From Vicugna vicugna (lineage: Eukaryota): DNA of 64,000 nucleotides. A program made the translations under genes and the position numbers. Of the stretch, positions 10,193 to 23,030 are shown piece by piece. The DNA lies in the NCBI GenBank assembly GCA_013265495.1, contig MU058584.1:7468407-7532406 (forward strand), read 5' to 3'. Below the pieces are notes generated by a model. It was not told the DNA's origin, made no database searches, and saw nothing but the letters and a program-made list of their open reading frames with translations. How positions within the stretch are numbered: position 1 is the first letter of the stretch; each line of letters begins with the position of its first letter.

Positions 10193-11859
10193 GTTGGATC
10201 TGTCAGCGGCTTGCAGGCTGCTCTAGACTTGAACAGTAATTATAGCAACTTCCTGAAAGTGAAGCCCCCATGAAAAGTCTGGAGAAATGCTCTTTGTCAT
10301 GGCCTCTCCATGAGTAATTAGTTCCACATGTGGCCTTCCCCATTTCCCTCAGAGATTCTGGCTGCCTCTCCGAACGCTGTGCTATAGCTTGACCTAAAGA
10401 AACTTAAAAGTTTTGATTTCAAGCCTCCACTATGAAATAATGACTCCAGTCGCCTAACAGATTGCCTCTGGTAGATCCAAGCTATTAGGTACAGCACTGT
10501 TTTTCACTGGTTATTCCTGATTCTGTGTTAATACTTTTGTTTTGTTTTAACGGTATTCTACTGCTTCGTTTTATCGCTGGTTTAACTAAATCTGTTGAAA
10601 TTTGCCAAGTACTGCCTGACCAAAGTTTATAACATAGCAGCCCACTGGCATCCACTTTTCTTCTCTTGTTGCTGTTTTCAATTACATATACCGCTGAATA
10701 TTCTGAGCGTGCAGCTTTCTGACTTTCCCTCCATAGTGTTGTGATTAAAGTTCGAGTTGCCTCCAACAAGAGCTTGATTAATTGCCCTTCCAGAGATCAA
10801 CAAGTGAGAAAATTCCTAGGTAGCTTCCAAATTTGATTTGAGTAGCCAAACTAAGGAACTTAGCTTTCTTTGAAGACTTACAGCCAAAGCAATTCATTTC
10901 TACTGGCCTTCTGCAGTACTTTGGAGAAGCAGAAAGATCTTTTTTGAAAACGTTGGGTTGAATATTTCAGAAGCCTTCAAGTGAGAACTGTCTGAAAGCA
11001 TTCGCTTTTCATTAAATGTCTTCTCTTGAATTACTGTACTGTTAAAGGGTTCAAAAGTTATTGCAAGCCCTGCTCACCTTGGGAGGAAGATTGAATAAGA
11101 TTAAAAAAAAAAAAAGAATTGTCTGGCAGTTTAGGATGGAACAAAGAGATTAGCAGTAAGGTACATCATTCCCAGAGGGATTTAAATCATCAGTGGAAAT
11201 TCGGAGGGATTACTTTGTATCACTGAGCTTCTGCTCCCATAATTGTGTCTTCAGGGCCTATTCCACAGTGGTTGGGCAAGCTCGGTGTGCCTCAGCTCCT
11301 TCTTTCCCTGTCACTGCTTCATATGATTACATAATCCTGGAAATATGCAAGTGTGGCTACATACCATCTAATGGTCTTATGACATGTGACTACCAATTCC
11401 ATTCTTGTTGAGTGTATATATGTTTATTCACAAATCATCAGAGACGCACCAAGAGCCAGTGGGACAATAGTCAGCCAGGAACCCAGCATTCCAGGCGTGG
11501 TCTCTGCCAGAGTGAAAGTCGTTCTTCGGCCATCTTCTATTTACATCGATGAAACATGCCTTGGGAGTTCTGTGTGAGGCAGATGAATGGTGGTTCTGAT
11601 CAGACTGCTCCATGATTTCATCTTAGTTCACACATCTATACTTTTTGTCAAATATGGGAGAGATCTCTTTCTCAAAAAGGGTTTTTTGTGACTTTTTTTT
11701 CAAGGAACTCAATTTTATACTTATCTGTACTGCTTTTGAAGCATTTTAAGTGATTCTCTACAGAAACAACTATAAAGGTTGTGTTCCCCTTAGCATATAT
11801 GCCCATCTCATTGGGCTTCTAATTAAGTAAAATGTTTTAGAATTTTCTTTCTTCCAAAT

Positions 11860-11970
11860 GGTTCAACAAACATTTATTCTTGCCTACTCATGTGCTAGTC
11901 ACAATGCCAGAGACTGGCAGTAAGATGAAAAAGATAAGATTCCTGCCTTCAGAGAGCTCACACTTCTAAT
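11860..11970 (-). mobile_element. L2 3'-end fragment
   Basis: ttcaacaaacatttatt...cctactcatgtgctag...cctgccttcagagagctcaca is a typical antisense L2 tail. Confidence 0.7.
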
Positions 11971-12684
11971 GTTAGGAATGCAGATCTGTGATTAAGTTCA
12001 ATCTAAAAAGTCTGCCATGGCTTTATGGAAAGCCCTTGGCATTCTCTTGGAAATAGCCTGAGGACGTCCTATGTCTGGAAAGTTATCAGTTAAATATCTA
12101 AAATGTGATAGGCTCTAAAAAGCAAAGTCAGACATGACAGAGACTTGCCTTTGAGAACTAATGTTATTTACTTTGGTTATTTCGAAAGGTATTGAACAAA
12201 GGGATTGTTGGGATCAATGGATGTTTTGAGGTGACTACAAAATTTGCTCTTTTTAAAAAATGTCATGGAAAGGGAAGACTATTTCAGTTGATTACCATTC
12301 CTGATCTTGGCAAATTTATAAAACTTTAGAAATTCTCAAATTGGAACCAGAACCAAGGCTTGTTTCTATGTACTTATAAAGAAACACCATCACTAGCGTT
12401 TACAGTTAGAGTATTTTATGACATCCAGGTATGCACACTTCAGGTAGTATTTCTATAGCTTTAATTTTATTTGTTACAAGATTAGTGCAGAGCATTATAA
12501 AAGTTCAAATAATAGAAAGTATGTGAAAAAAAAAAGTTAATTATCTTTCCCTCCAACCTTCTAACCCTCTCTGCTCTTTCAAATTAATGGCAAAAGTTTG
12601 GAGTGATTCCTTTTACCACCTTCTCAGTGGTCATTTTTATAGCTTCTTTATAGATTATAAAACCCTTTCAGTACAATGTATCCG

Positions 12685-12820
12685 TTCCTTATAGCAGCCT
12701 TGTGGGGTGGATATTATCATCATTCCCATTTTATTGATGATGAGATTGAGGTTCAGAGAGGTTAAGCATATTACTTTGTGTCATTATAGTAAGTGGCAGA
12801 ACTTAACTTTTTTCTAACTC
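12685..12820 (-). mobile_element. MIR SINE
   Basis: MIR core cccattttattgatgatgagattgaggttcagagaggttaag. Confidence 0.8.
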
Positions 12821-13185
12821 AAAAAAAATGTTGTCAGCCCACATAGATACATAGTTCCCCCTACTGAATTTGTATGGCACTTATGTTTCCTGTTAATAAT
12901 CTGTCAGTTACCTGCTGCCTTCTTTTAGTTTTGTACTGAAATGTTATTATTATTTCACATATTCGGATTTTTTTCCCACAAACAGAATATGTTAATTGAA
13001 GGCAGCAATGGTATCTTTATACTTTAACTAGCCTAAAGGAGGCCATTCAGTAAACTATCAAAAGAATGAATAAAAGCTGCATAGTATGCACGTGGTTTCT
13101 GATCAAACTTTAATTCAATGACAATAATTCAAGAATTAAAACTGTCTTTTTTAAAAATTTTAATGGAAAGCATGGTGCAATTTTA

Positions 13186-13234
13186 ACATATATATGCATA
13201 TGTATGTATATATATATGTGTATATATATATAAA

Positions 13235-13268
<34 letters not shown>
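13186..13268. repeat. Compound (TA)n/(CA)n microsatellite
   Basis: Direct reading. Confidence 0.95.
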
Positions 13269-13271
<3 letters not shown>

Positions 13272-15294
13272 TGTTCAGTATCGGATTGCACTGTTCTTTC
13301 AGAAATAAATGTGAACATTGGACCAGCCATATTTCCTTGCTTATTTTTGGCCTTCTAATCTTCTGAAAGCATCCTGTGTAGCTATCGATCATACAATCTT
13401 GTGTGAAAAGCAGGATCTAACCAAGATGTAGCATTTCCTTTCTTGTTGTTTTCTCCTTCCCAGTTTGTATTTGAGATAAAAATCTGGCTGACCCCAGTCC
13501 ATTGCAAATTAGGGAAGATGGCCCCACTTAGCTCGGCTTTATGTTATATGGATTAGCACTTTTTTTTTTTTAATTGGAGGCAATGCTGTCTTCTGATTAC
13601 CAGCATTTCCTATTTTGTCACGGCCTGAAAGGACTGGGAGATTTGCTGCAGCAAAGCTTTCCCCTTTTCTCTCTGTCCCTGATTCTCCAACAAATGGCTG
13701 CCTTCAGATCACTGCAGCGAAGTGCCTTCTTAGCCAGAGATGCAGCATCAGAGGCTGTAAAATAGAGGAGAAATAGTCCAGAAGAGTTACCAGATTTTCC
13801 TTCAACAACTGAAAAAGAAGTTAAATTAGAACAGCTATAAATCATAAACTTAATGCAACTGACTTTACAATCTCCAAAAAGCTTGCAAAAGGCAGAGATT
13901 GTGAGAGAGTTGATTTTAAAACGTACGTTTACTAACGCGTGTTTTGTTTTGTCTGTCTCTAGAATTTTCATAGCTGAGTCTGTTTATTTAGAAATCAGCC
14001 CCTAACCAAAAGCAGTATATCTTTTATGAACATTCTTTCCTCAGATCAATTGAGAAAGATAATGTTACACCTTTGAGTTTTACTAACCACTGGCGTACAC
14101 GGCAGCCATTTCTATATTTCAGTAACATAATACATCCGGCCAGACAAACCTTACAAACTCTGGCTCTATTGAAAACCAGTCGCATGAAGGTAAATATATG
14201 ATTTATGACTCCAGTAAAATTTGAAGCACTGTCTTGAAATCTTTAGGGGAAGGCAAGATAAAGGGATTGGAAAATTGGTGCTGGCCTCTCCAGGCAGGTT
14301 TTAAGTGAGAGCGTACTAGGAATGCAGTCTGCTGCCTGCTTCAACCCCCAAAAGCTGACGTGCATCATCTGAATGCTATGTGCTATGAACTCTCGTTGAA
14401 TTCCACGTTACAGTCAGACTTTAAAATGAGTATTGGCTCACTTGGACAAGAGAAATATGGTGTCCTCGGGTCACTGACAATTTTAGAATGTCGACTCCTG
14501 ATGTCTTTTGGCATCGCCAGTGGTTTATTTCCTTCATACAATTCAGAAGTGAGCATGCATGTTATCAAAAAGGAAAAAAGAAAGAATATTTGTGTATGCG
14601 TGTCACGTAAAGACTCAGAAATCACATTTTTGCAGGGATAGAAAAAGTATCCTTTCTGTGGCTGAGGGTGCAAGGGAAACATATTGGCCATTAGGAAATA
14701 TGTGCGTGAAGGGAAGCTTTCTGCTTTATCCAGTCTACCTGCAATTACGCAGTCGATCATTATAGAAGCTCCACTTCTTTTAATGATGATAGGCATTCTT
14801 ACAAAGTATATGGCACCGTATCTTTATTTTAGGACTTATAATATTTTCCTAAATTCAGAAGGGAAACACGTATTATATGAATTGCTAAAAGGGTTCAGTC
14901 CAACATAAATCTGTTTAGTCGAGAACATTATATATATATTAACTGGCTTCCCAAGTCTGTCCATTCTTCAGAGAATTTATTTAAGGGACGTATGAGACCA
15001 TATTAAAATACTTCTATTTGTGCCACCATGGGAATTTGTTTTCCTTTTATAGACAAACAAAAGCACTTGGTGTATAAATTAGCCCGTGTTGAATGTTTAT
15101 TTACATGTTGCAAACGAGTATTGATCACATATCTTTATAAGCACTCATCTGCATATTAATCAGCCAAAAATTCCTTCCATTTGCCATACAGAATCTGGTT
15201 ATGTAACTTCACTGACACTCAGGACTACAGTGCAAAAGCTGTAGAAAAAGAAAAGTGTACTGTTCTCCGTTTTTAAAGGTTTGTTCTGTTTGTT

Positions 15295-15655
15295 TTTAAT
15301 ACTTATTTTTGAGCACTTATTTTACACCAGGCCTCCGTGCTGGAGTTTTTCACATGTGATATGACTGAATCCAACAACCCTTAAAAGTAGAATTTCTCCC
15401 AGGATGCAGATGAAGTGGACACTCCAGGAGGCAGTGCAGTGTGAGGGTTCTGCCGCTAGAGGGCGTGGGTTTGAATCCTGGCTTTGCAATTTATTATTCG
15501 GTGACCTCGACAATTGTTTAACTACAGTATTCTGAGCTCTAGTTTCCTCATCTGTGAAATAGGGCTTCTCTGAGAACTAAATGGGCTCATGTGTGAAAAA
15601 AGCTTGGATCAGGACCTGGTGGAGGAGGGGCTTACACAGGTTAGGTGATGCTATG
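15295..15655. mobile_element. Two adjacent MIR fragments in opposite orientation
   Basis: Antisense MIR-like 15295-15490, and sense core agtttcctcatctgtgaaataggg at ~15541. Confidence 0.6.
15435..15466 (+). promoter_or_regulatory. Candidate CTCF site with upstream motif
   Basis: Core CCGCTAGAGGGCG (15453-15465) fits the CTCF consensus, and TGCAG starts 18 bp upstream (15435), the usual upstream-motif spacing. Confidence 0.55.
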
Positions 15656-15943
15656 AGGGTGCAGCCAGGCCCCCACCTTGATTCAGTAACTGGCCTTCCA
15701 TTCAAAGCCAGGTCCTGTGACTCCAAAGCGCAAGTGACACCAGGAGCGTTTGGGAAGACAGTGTCACTTTCCTCAAAGTGTTTATAATCTCCTTGGGTAA
15801 AGAGATCACCTGTGTGTAAAACAAGTAAAAACAGAAGAAAATACTTGATTCTGGAAGAAAGACAACAGTATTTATTAAAAAAAAAACAACAACAAAAAAG
15901 ACCACCAAACTGTAGTGGGAGATGTTCCTTAAGATAACCTTTC

Positions 15944-16068
15944 GGGGAGGAGGGTATAGCTCAAGCAGCAGAGTGCATGCTTGGCATGCACGAGGTCCTG
16001 GATTCAATTCTCAGTGCCTCCTCTAAAAATTAACAAATAAACCTAATTACTTGCCCCCACCAAAATAA
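15944..16068 (+). mobile_element. tRNA-derived SINE, camelid type
   Basis: Head ggggaggagggtatagctcaag... with A-box and B-box-like ggattcaattc, and an A-rich tail. About 15-bp TSD aagataacctttcgg (15931-15945) / aagatgaccttttgg (16069-16083), at a TT|AAGA endonuclease-like site. Confidence 0.9.
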
Positions 16069-19000
16069 AAGATGACCTTTTGGAGAATCTCTTTAAAAAT
16101 CCAATAATGACTTTCCTCTCCTTTGAGTTTATCTGTTTTGTTTTGCATGTATGTATTAAAATGCATGTGTGTGTATAAATGTGTAAGCATATGTGAATAC
16201 GTATACGTGTATATACATATATACTTTATAAATATTTATGTGAATTGTGAATATTTTATATATATCTATCTGTATCTATACTTTTAAACTAAACCAGATC
16301 TCTATATGAGATCAAAATCATCCTTTTCTCTTTTAAAAGCTAGAGCACATGTAATGTTTTTCTGTAATCTTAGACGTTAGTTTTAGTGTGTGCACATTTC
16401 AGTCATCTTTTTTTTTTTTTCAAAAAATTGTGCCTGCCAGAGCTTTACAGCAGCAATTGAAGGCTGACAAGTGAAAATTAGATGGGAAATGCCTTTGTAG
16501 TTTTGCAAATGCAATATCGTAAGGGGATTGATTTCTCTACAGGTGAAGCGATCACTGTGCTTAAAAACTGCACATATACTTTTATAATATTTGTTCAGTT
16601 TTGTGTGGGAACAAGCAGTTTACTCCCAGCTTTCTGCAACATAACATTTCCCTCCAGTGCACTCTACTTCATTTCCATGTCACCTTAGTTTCTTTGAGAA
16701 GGAACTGGTCTTGGATTTCATTGGCTAGAATGGATTCTGATTACTTTTGGAATACTTGTTTGTTTTGCTGGGGAACTCGTAAATTTTTAAGTAGTTTTTT
16801 TTTTTTTCCTTTAAAGAATCTGGGCCCCACTGGAAATATTTAGGGGTGGCCTCAGATGCTGCCTGGCCCAGTGTGTGTATCAACTATTACAGCCACTGCC
16901 TAGAGTTCACTTTGCATTTTCAGGGCAGGGCCTCATGAAATTATTACTAAGAATCTCACTGAAGAACTCAAAGAACTTAAAGCTCTTCTTTTTTTTTTTT
17001 TCTTCAAGTTTTCTAAACAGAGAAAACAAGGACCAGAATAAGCAGGATAAGAGGAATCTTTTGACTTTTCTAGAAGTAACTGCTTTCTGCCTGTAGTGAA
17101 GCTACTGCGAGGCCAGTTGTATCTACCTCCTTTTTATCTTGATCCCTAGTGGGAGTTGATTTTCCAATAAATATTTCCCTGTCTTCTAAATCAGTATTAA
17201 TTTTAGTTCCATCTTTGCCTTCAGATCATAAAATAATTGTCATTGGTCAGCCAGTAATGCTGGCTGGGTTGGATCCAATTTGTTAATGTCAACTCTAACT
17301 TTATTTTATTATTTTTTATTTGATTCTGCTTAGATTGTTTGTTGTTTATTCAAACTCCTTTAGATGAATGCCACTTCGGTCACATTACTGTAGTATATCA
17401 TTTTCAGTGCATTTGTCTGTTACATGTATATGCAGGGTTTTCTGACTTCCCCACTTTAAAGTGCTGTTCCCATGGTACGTATCTCCTTCACGTCAGTATA
17501 GGAGAGTTTCAGAGAGTTTTTTTTTATACGTGCATGCCAATGGAAACTGTTTGGAAAGGCCATGTTAAAAACTGTTCTCTGTAAGATAATTTTCATAATA
17601 CAATTCCCTTTGCTTACCTACATCAATAGAAGCTTTGAATTAATGTAGTGAAATCGCTGAAGCCAGGTTGCCCAGTGCCTAGAGCAGATGTTTGGTGATT
17701 TAGTATTTGTACAGATATAGTCAATTGTATTTGACTTCAAAGTTTCATCTTTCTTGAACAAATTCCACTGTATCTGAAGTTAAATTAAACCTTTGCTTTC
17801 TTGGATACAACTGAGGTATAAGATAAGGAGCCACCAGACTTGACTGGTTCTAGTTCAACTTTGCCATTTTCTCATTTGTCAAATGAGCAGTGGTTGGGAG
17901 GAGGTGGTCGGGAGAAAGCCCGCATTAGATGATAATGGCAAAATAAACTGGGATGTTCTTGAAGGCATTCTACAGCAACTCATATGGCAGCAGTTTGGAG
18001 AACTGTCACAGCATTGCCTTGGGCCGGTAGTTGTGGCACTGTAAGCAGATACCATTTCCGACTTTTATGATGATAATGGATGTTTAAAGAGAGTAAGAAC
18101 AGAGACTATTAATTAAACTAGTGACTGTGTCAGAAGGCAGTGGTATGTATTAATGTCCCATACTGTGTCTCTACCAAGTGATCAAAAGACATTCAGTAGA
18201 ATAGGCTTATTATTAACTTGTGTTCCTTTCTTCTCCTCCTTTCCTGCTGTTCTCCCTTTCCTCTCCACCCCTCCTCTGCTCAGTGTGAGACTTTCTATAG
18301 CTCTCCTCTCTTCTCTCCGGCCCCACTTCTTCCTATTTCTTCTTCAGGAAATGGGGTTGGAATTGAGCTACCGGCAAAAATATGTATTAGACTGTTTAAT
18401 GAGGTTTTGTTTTTTTCTCCTTAAATTTTCAATCAGATAATTTAACCCTATGTATGCATTGCTTAAAAACAAATAGCTCCCAAACTAAGTTAATTGTTTT
18501 TATACTTCCTTGTGGCTTTTAATTATCTTATGAGGCAGTGACTTTAAATTTTTTTTTTTATGTTGCATGTCTTCAGAAGGGAAAAGAGAGAGTGGTGGAG
18601 TTTTACTTTGAGTTGGCTTTCTCATGGCTCCAGAGATTATTGCATACTGGATATTTCCAGATAACCTTATAGACCTCATTGTCCATTCCATTCATTCATC
18701 TGTTTGTTGTTCATGCTCGGCTGATTCTTCTCGGACTGCTGCTTGACTTGTTCTGGTGTTCATGTCTCATCTTTTTCACTTGATTATAAACTCCTTGAGG
18801 GCAGGGGCTGCACCTGTAGTTTCCATGTTTGCTACTTATGAATCGGGGTAACAAACACGTATTGATCAATCTGAGATTTTCCTGAATGCGAAGAGTCAAA
18901 GAAAGAAGATTCCTCCTTAGGTAAGAATCAAGGTCCACCCCAAATCACCTTCCCAGATTACAGTTTCGATATCTTTATTTACTTTTACAAGGACTTTAAA

Positions 19001-19679
19001 TGTAAACTGCAGTGCAGAATGCTGTAATGCACAGGCCATTTGTAGTGCAATTGAGAGTGTGCTTAGAATGTGCCACAAAATGCTGCAAATGCCATCTTAC
19101 TTAAAAATCACTCAAGGAGGAATTTTTTAGATGAACGTCTGCTAGAAACAACTGCCAGGAGAAATGTGGAAACCACGTGAAATTCACTACATAAAGAAAT
19201 CTGGTTTCCATTTCTGCACTGCATTTTGTGCTAGAAGGAAGAAGATAAACAAGCTGTTTAAAACTAAACTGAACGGCAAAGGGATTACATTTTAAAATCC
19301 CGTATCATAAGTGTATTTTGGAATTGATGAAATTTAATCCCATCACATCGGGTCCTCTAAGAAGGGAGGCAGTATGCTGAGTCTTCTAGTCTTAGTATCT
19401 CAGTGGGATGGATGAGTATTTGATGAGCAGTAATACAACGCTAACATTTGTCTCGGTTGGAGTTAAAACGAAAGTCTCATCCTAGTTTTTGGTAGGCAGA
19501 CATTCTTTTGAGACTGAGAAAGGGAAGGAAGCAGAAAAACCCTCTTTTTTGGTTAGTTTCAGACCACCCTTCTAGGGATAGGAGAATTTTACTCTAGTGT
19601 TTTAATTTAGCTATGTAAAACTCTCTATATAAATTTAAGAGACTAATGTAAGAGATTTATTTTTAAATGTCAAAATTTA

Positions 19680-19785
19680 GAATATATCAAAGATTACATA
19701 CTTTACATTATGCTAATTTTCTTAGATGTGATAATGGCATTTATTGTCTTATGATAGGAAAATGTCTATTCTTAGGAGATGTACC
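19680..19785 (+). mobile_element. Old L1M 3'-UTR fragment
   Basis: ttttcttagatgtgataatggcatt...gaaaatgtctattcttaggagatg resembles old L1M 3' ends. Confidence 0.5.
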
Positions 19786-20659
19786 AGCTGTCATGAAATT
19801 TGTCCATATTCACATATCCCCTGGGCTGTTATTAATGCACTGATTTTATTTCAGTTGTTTCCTTTTTTTTTTACTTAAATTAGTTCATTTTGAAAGAAAA
19901 TACTACATCATCAGCCCAAATAGGAAGTCAGCATTACTGGTTATAAAAAGAAAATGAACATCAATAAGTAAAACAAAAAACAAACAAACAAAACCTCTAT
20001 ATGAACAGGTGTATGGATGGAATAGATGGGAGTAGGAGAGTTGGACTTTTTTATTTTCAGAAAAATACCCTGGGGGTTCTTTCTGAGTTTTCTATTTAAT
20101 GGACCATATACGGTTTAAATATGTTACCAAGTTGGCATTTAAAGAGGAATAAACATGAGAAAAAATAAAGTAGATCGTGAATAATAAAAATGTTTACACT
20201 TAAAGCATAAAGACCAGTCATTCAAACTGTGATTTCCCTTTAGTTAACATGACCAGATCGTACACACACGTTTAGGAGAAACACATTTGTGTGTTTGAAT
20301 TTACTGGACCTCGTGCTTTGGGAAAAAACCCGTAGGATCAAGAAGATTATAAAATTAAGTTGATTATATACTTGAGTAGATTAAATCTTTTCCTTTCACA
20401 GCTTAATTTCCCCCTTTATGTTGGAAAAGGGAAGCTGAGTTGTTTAAGGTTTATTTTATATTTTCTTACTTACTACAGTGTTTTGGGGGTTTTGTTTTGT
20501 TTTTCTTTTTACTATTTTAACTTTCAACCTGAAAACTTTTAGCTGGCTGTACTTAATACCTAATACATAATTTGCCTAAGCCTGCATTCATAGCCAGGAT
20601 GTCTTGTGTCCTTGGAAAGTGCCATTTTTTAGGCAAGATGTAAAAATAAACTTGAAGTC

Positions 20660-20800
20660 ACTTCATTCATTTGTTCTCTCATTCACTCATTTATTCCATA
20701 AACATTTATCAGACTCCTACCACGTTACAGACACTGTGCTAGAGATGGAAAGATAAATAACACAAACTCATGTCTTTAAGGAGTTTGAGATGATTTACAG
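20660..20800 (-). mobile_element. L2 3'-end fragment
   Basis: (cattcatt)n-like tail followed by aaacatttatc...cactgtgctag. Confidence 0.75.
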
Positions 20801-20944
20801 GACAAAAACAGTTATTAAAGAATGATTTCAGTCTTGGCTAAATATATAGTTACAAAAAATGCTCAGATTGATCTTAAAGTATTCTATTATCTACTGAACA
20901 CTGCTAAACTGGTATTTTGTTTTTTTGGTTTTTGTTTTGTTTTT

Positions 20945-21120
20945 AGTTAAGCAGTATGATAGTGGTTGAGTGTACAAACTGTGGAGCTACATATTCAGCT
21001 CTTCCACTCAGCTTTACTATGTGACCTTGGAAATACTACTTGTCATCCTTTGATTTGGGGATGAAAGCTCTCAGCGTAGTGCCCAGCATTTCTTAAGCAC
21101 TTCATAAATGTTAGCTTCAG
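20945..21120 (+). mobile_element. MIR fragment
   Basis: gcagtatgatagtggttgag...ctatgtgaccttggaaat. Confidence 0.6.
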
Positions 21121-21729
21121 GGATGATTTTCAAGATATTTAACAACCAGTACATTAGGGGCCCCAAAGACTTAGAACTGCTGTTGCTGTAAAATCTGATA
21201 GGACCACACCAGTGTGTATGGTTCGGATCAGCCAGTTTAGCCTCCATTGTTATTGATGATTCTGCCAAAAACTTCTGAACCAAGTTATATGCTTCATCCC
21301 AGCCCCATCCTGTGGATCATGATGTTGGGCCAGGCTCTGTGGAGCTCATAAACCTGGAGCTTCTAGGTGCCTACAATTCGTAATTTTGAAATCTTCTTAT
21401 TTTTAAGTAGCTAGACTTAGTGTAGATTTATTTTCACATTCCAGACAATTCAGGATGTTTTTCTTAGCTAATAACTTCTAGAAAGACACCTGAATTCCCT
21501 TGTTTCTTTCCCACAATATTGGTTGGTGATCATGATAGTGTAGGCTTTCTTCTCTTGGTTATTTTTTCTTCTTCTTTTTCTCCACTTCTCTTTTCCATTC
21601 CTCCTTTTCTCCTCCTGCCCCCTCTCCTCCTCCTCGTAAGAAGAAAATAATATCTAAAGCTAGTTGCCTCTGCTGAGGTCGAAACACTAAGGAAACAGAT
21701 CACGTATTGCGTGCTGAATAGTCAGCAAC

Positions 21730-21905
21730 TGTCACATATATTATTTTATTTCATCTTCTTAATAGACCTATAACCTAGGCATTATTGGCACATTTTACAG
21801 GTGAGGAATTGCAAATCAGTGAACTTAACTAACTTAACCTAAGGCCACCAAAGCTAGTAAGTGGCAGAGTTGTGACTCAAACACAAGTCTTGCTGACTCA
21901 GATTA
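21730..21905 (-). mobile_element. MIR SINE
   Basis: cattttacaggtgaggaa...aaggccaccaaagctagtaagtggcagag. Confidence 0.8.
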
Positions 21906-22134
21906 TATTCATTAAACTATAATCTGTTATCTACTACTACAATGGACAGGTTCACAGAAAGAGTCAATAAAGTCTCCCATAATTAAAAAAAAAGCTAGTT
22001 TCCTCACATTCTGTATTAGAAAGAGATGTATACCATAAATAAATGTACTCGTTATAGTAATTGGTCAATAGTTTGTGGTAAGGGTAGAATGGATACGAGA
22101 GTATTTAGGAAAATTCAGAGACACAAGCTGCAGA

Positions 22135-22345
22135 AGACTTTGTTGTTTTGTAGTCATGGCACCTGAGTCCCAGCACTGCCACTGACTGTTCACTTAACGG
22201 CAGTTAATTCACTTGCTCTCTCTGTGCCACATTTCTCCATCTGTTAAAACTGGGATGATAACAGAACCTTTCTCACAGGGTGTTGTGAGGGTTAAACAAG
22301 GCAATACTTACCAAGCTCTTAGGATGTAGCTGGCATTCAGTACAT
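22135..22345 (+). mobile_element. MIR SINE
   Basis: ctctctgtgccacatttctccatctgttaaaactgggatgataacagaacct...gttgtgagggttaaa. Confidence 0.8.
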
Positions 22346-22349
22346 TTAC

Positions 22350-23030
22350 CTGATTGATTCAGCAGATATTGAGAGCACTTACTATGTGCCAGATACTCTT
22401 CTAGGCACTGGGGATATAATCGACAAAAATCCCTTCCCTTGTAACAGTCCAGTGCAATGGAAAAAAATAAAATAAATATCTAGGAGTGGGGTTGCAATGT
22501 AAAGTAAGGTGGTTAGGAAAAGGATGTTGGAGAAGACAGGTGCAAGCGGTGAGGGTATGAACATGCAGACTGCTGGGGAAAGAGCATGTTTGGTGGAGGG
22601 AACAGTATATGCAAAGACCCTGAGGCGAGAGTGTGCCCGAGGCCAGTGGCCTGGGATAGAGTGAGAGAGAAAGAGAGAGAGGAGGGAAAGTTGGTGCTAG
22701 AGACCTGCTTAAGATCTGAGTGATAAAATAATGGGCATAGAGAAGGGAGATCAGAGACTTACCAAAGGCGGCTTCTTAGAGGGGAAGGGAGACCTTAAAA
22801 ATGAATAAGCTATAAAGAAGCACATGGAAAAAAGAGAACATTCCTGTTAAGGGGAAGAATAAGAATGTGAGCGAAGGCATAGACAGTGGAGGAGATAGGC
22901 CTGGATTGCATCCAAGATAGTCTGTCCAGAACAGAGGGTGAACAGTGGGGAGGGAGGGACACAAGATTGGATAAGTAGAGTAGTGTTGGACGATGGAGCA
23001 CCCTGAAAGCTAGGCAGAGGCCTTTTAGCT
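22350..23030 (-). mobile_element. L2 fragments
   Basis: attcagcagatattgagagcacttactatgtgccag...ggagggaacagtatatgcaaagaccctgagg is typical antisense L2. Confidence 0.8.

Larger units (their letters stand above)
9465..10340 (-). promoter_or_regulatory. Putative DNM3OS/miR-199a-2~214 promoter region
   Basis: Directly upstream of miR-199a-2 on the minus strand, with locally raised GC and CpG (~9070-9760). Motifs: CArG CCATATATGG 9674-9683, TGACGTGG 9593-9600, E-boxes (CATTTG ~9603, CACATGTG ~10325), ETS cores (CAGGAAGT ~9849, ACTTCCTG ~10248). Confidence 0.7.

Noticed and set aside
15944..16025. tRNA gene
   Set aside because: It has an A-rich tail, a TSD and degenerate boxes, so it is a tRNA-derived SINE.
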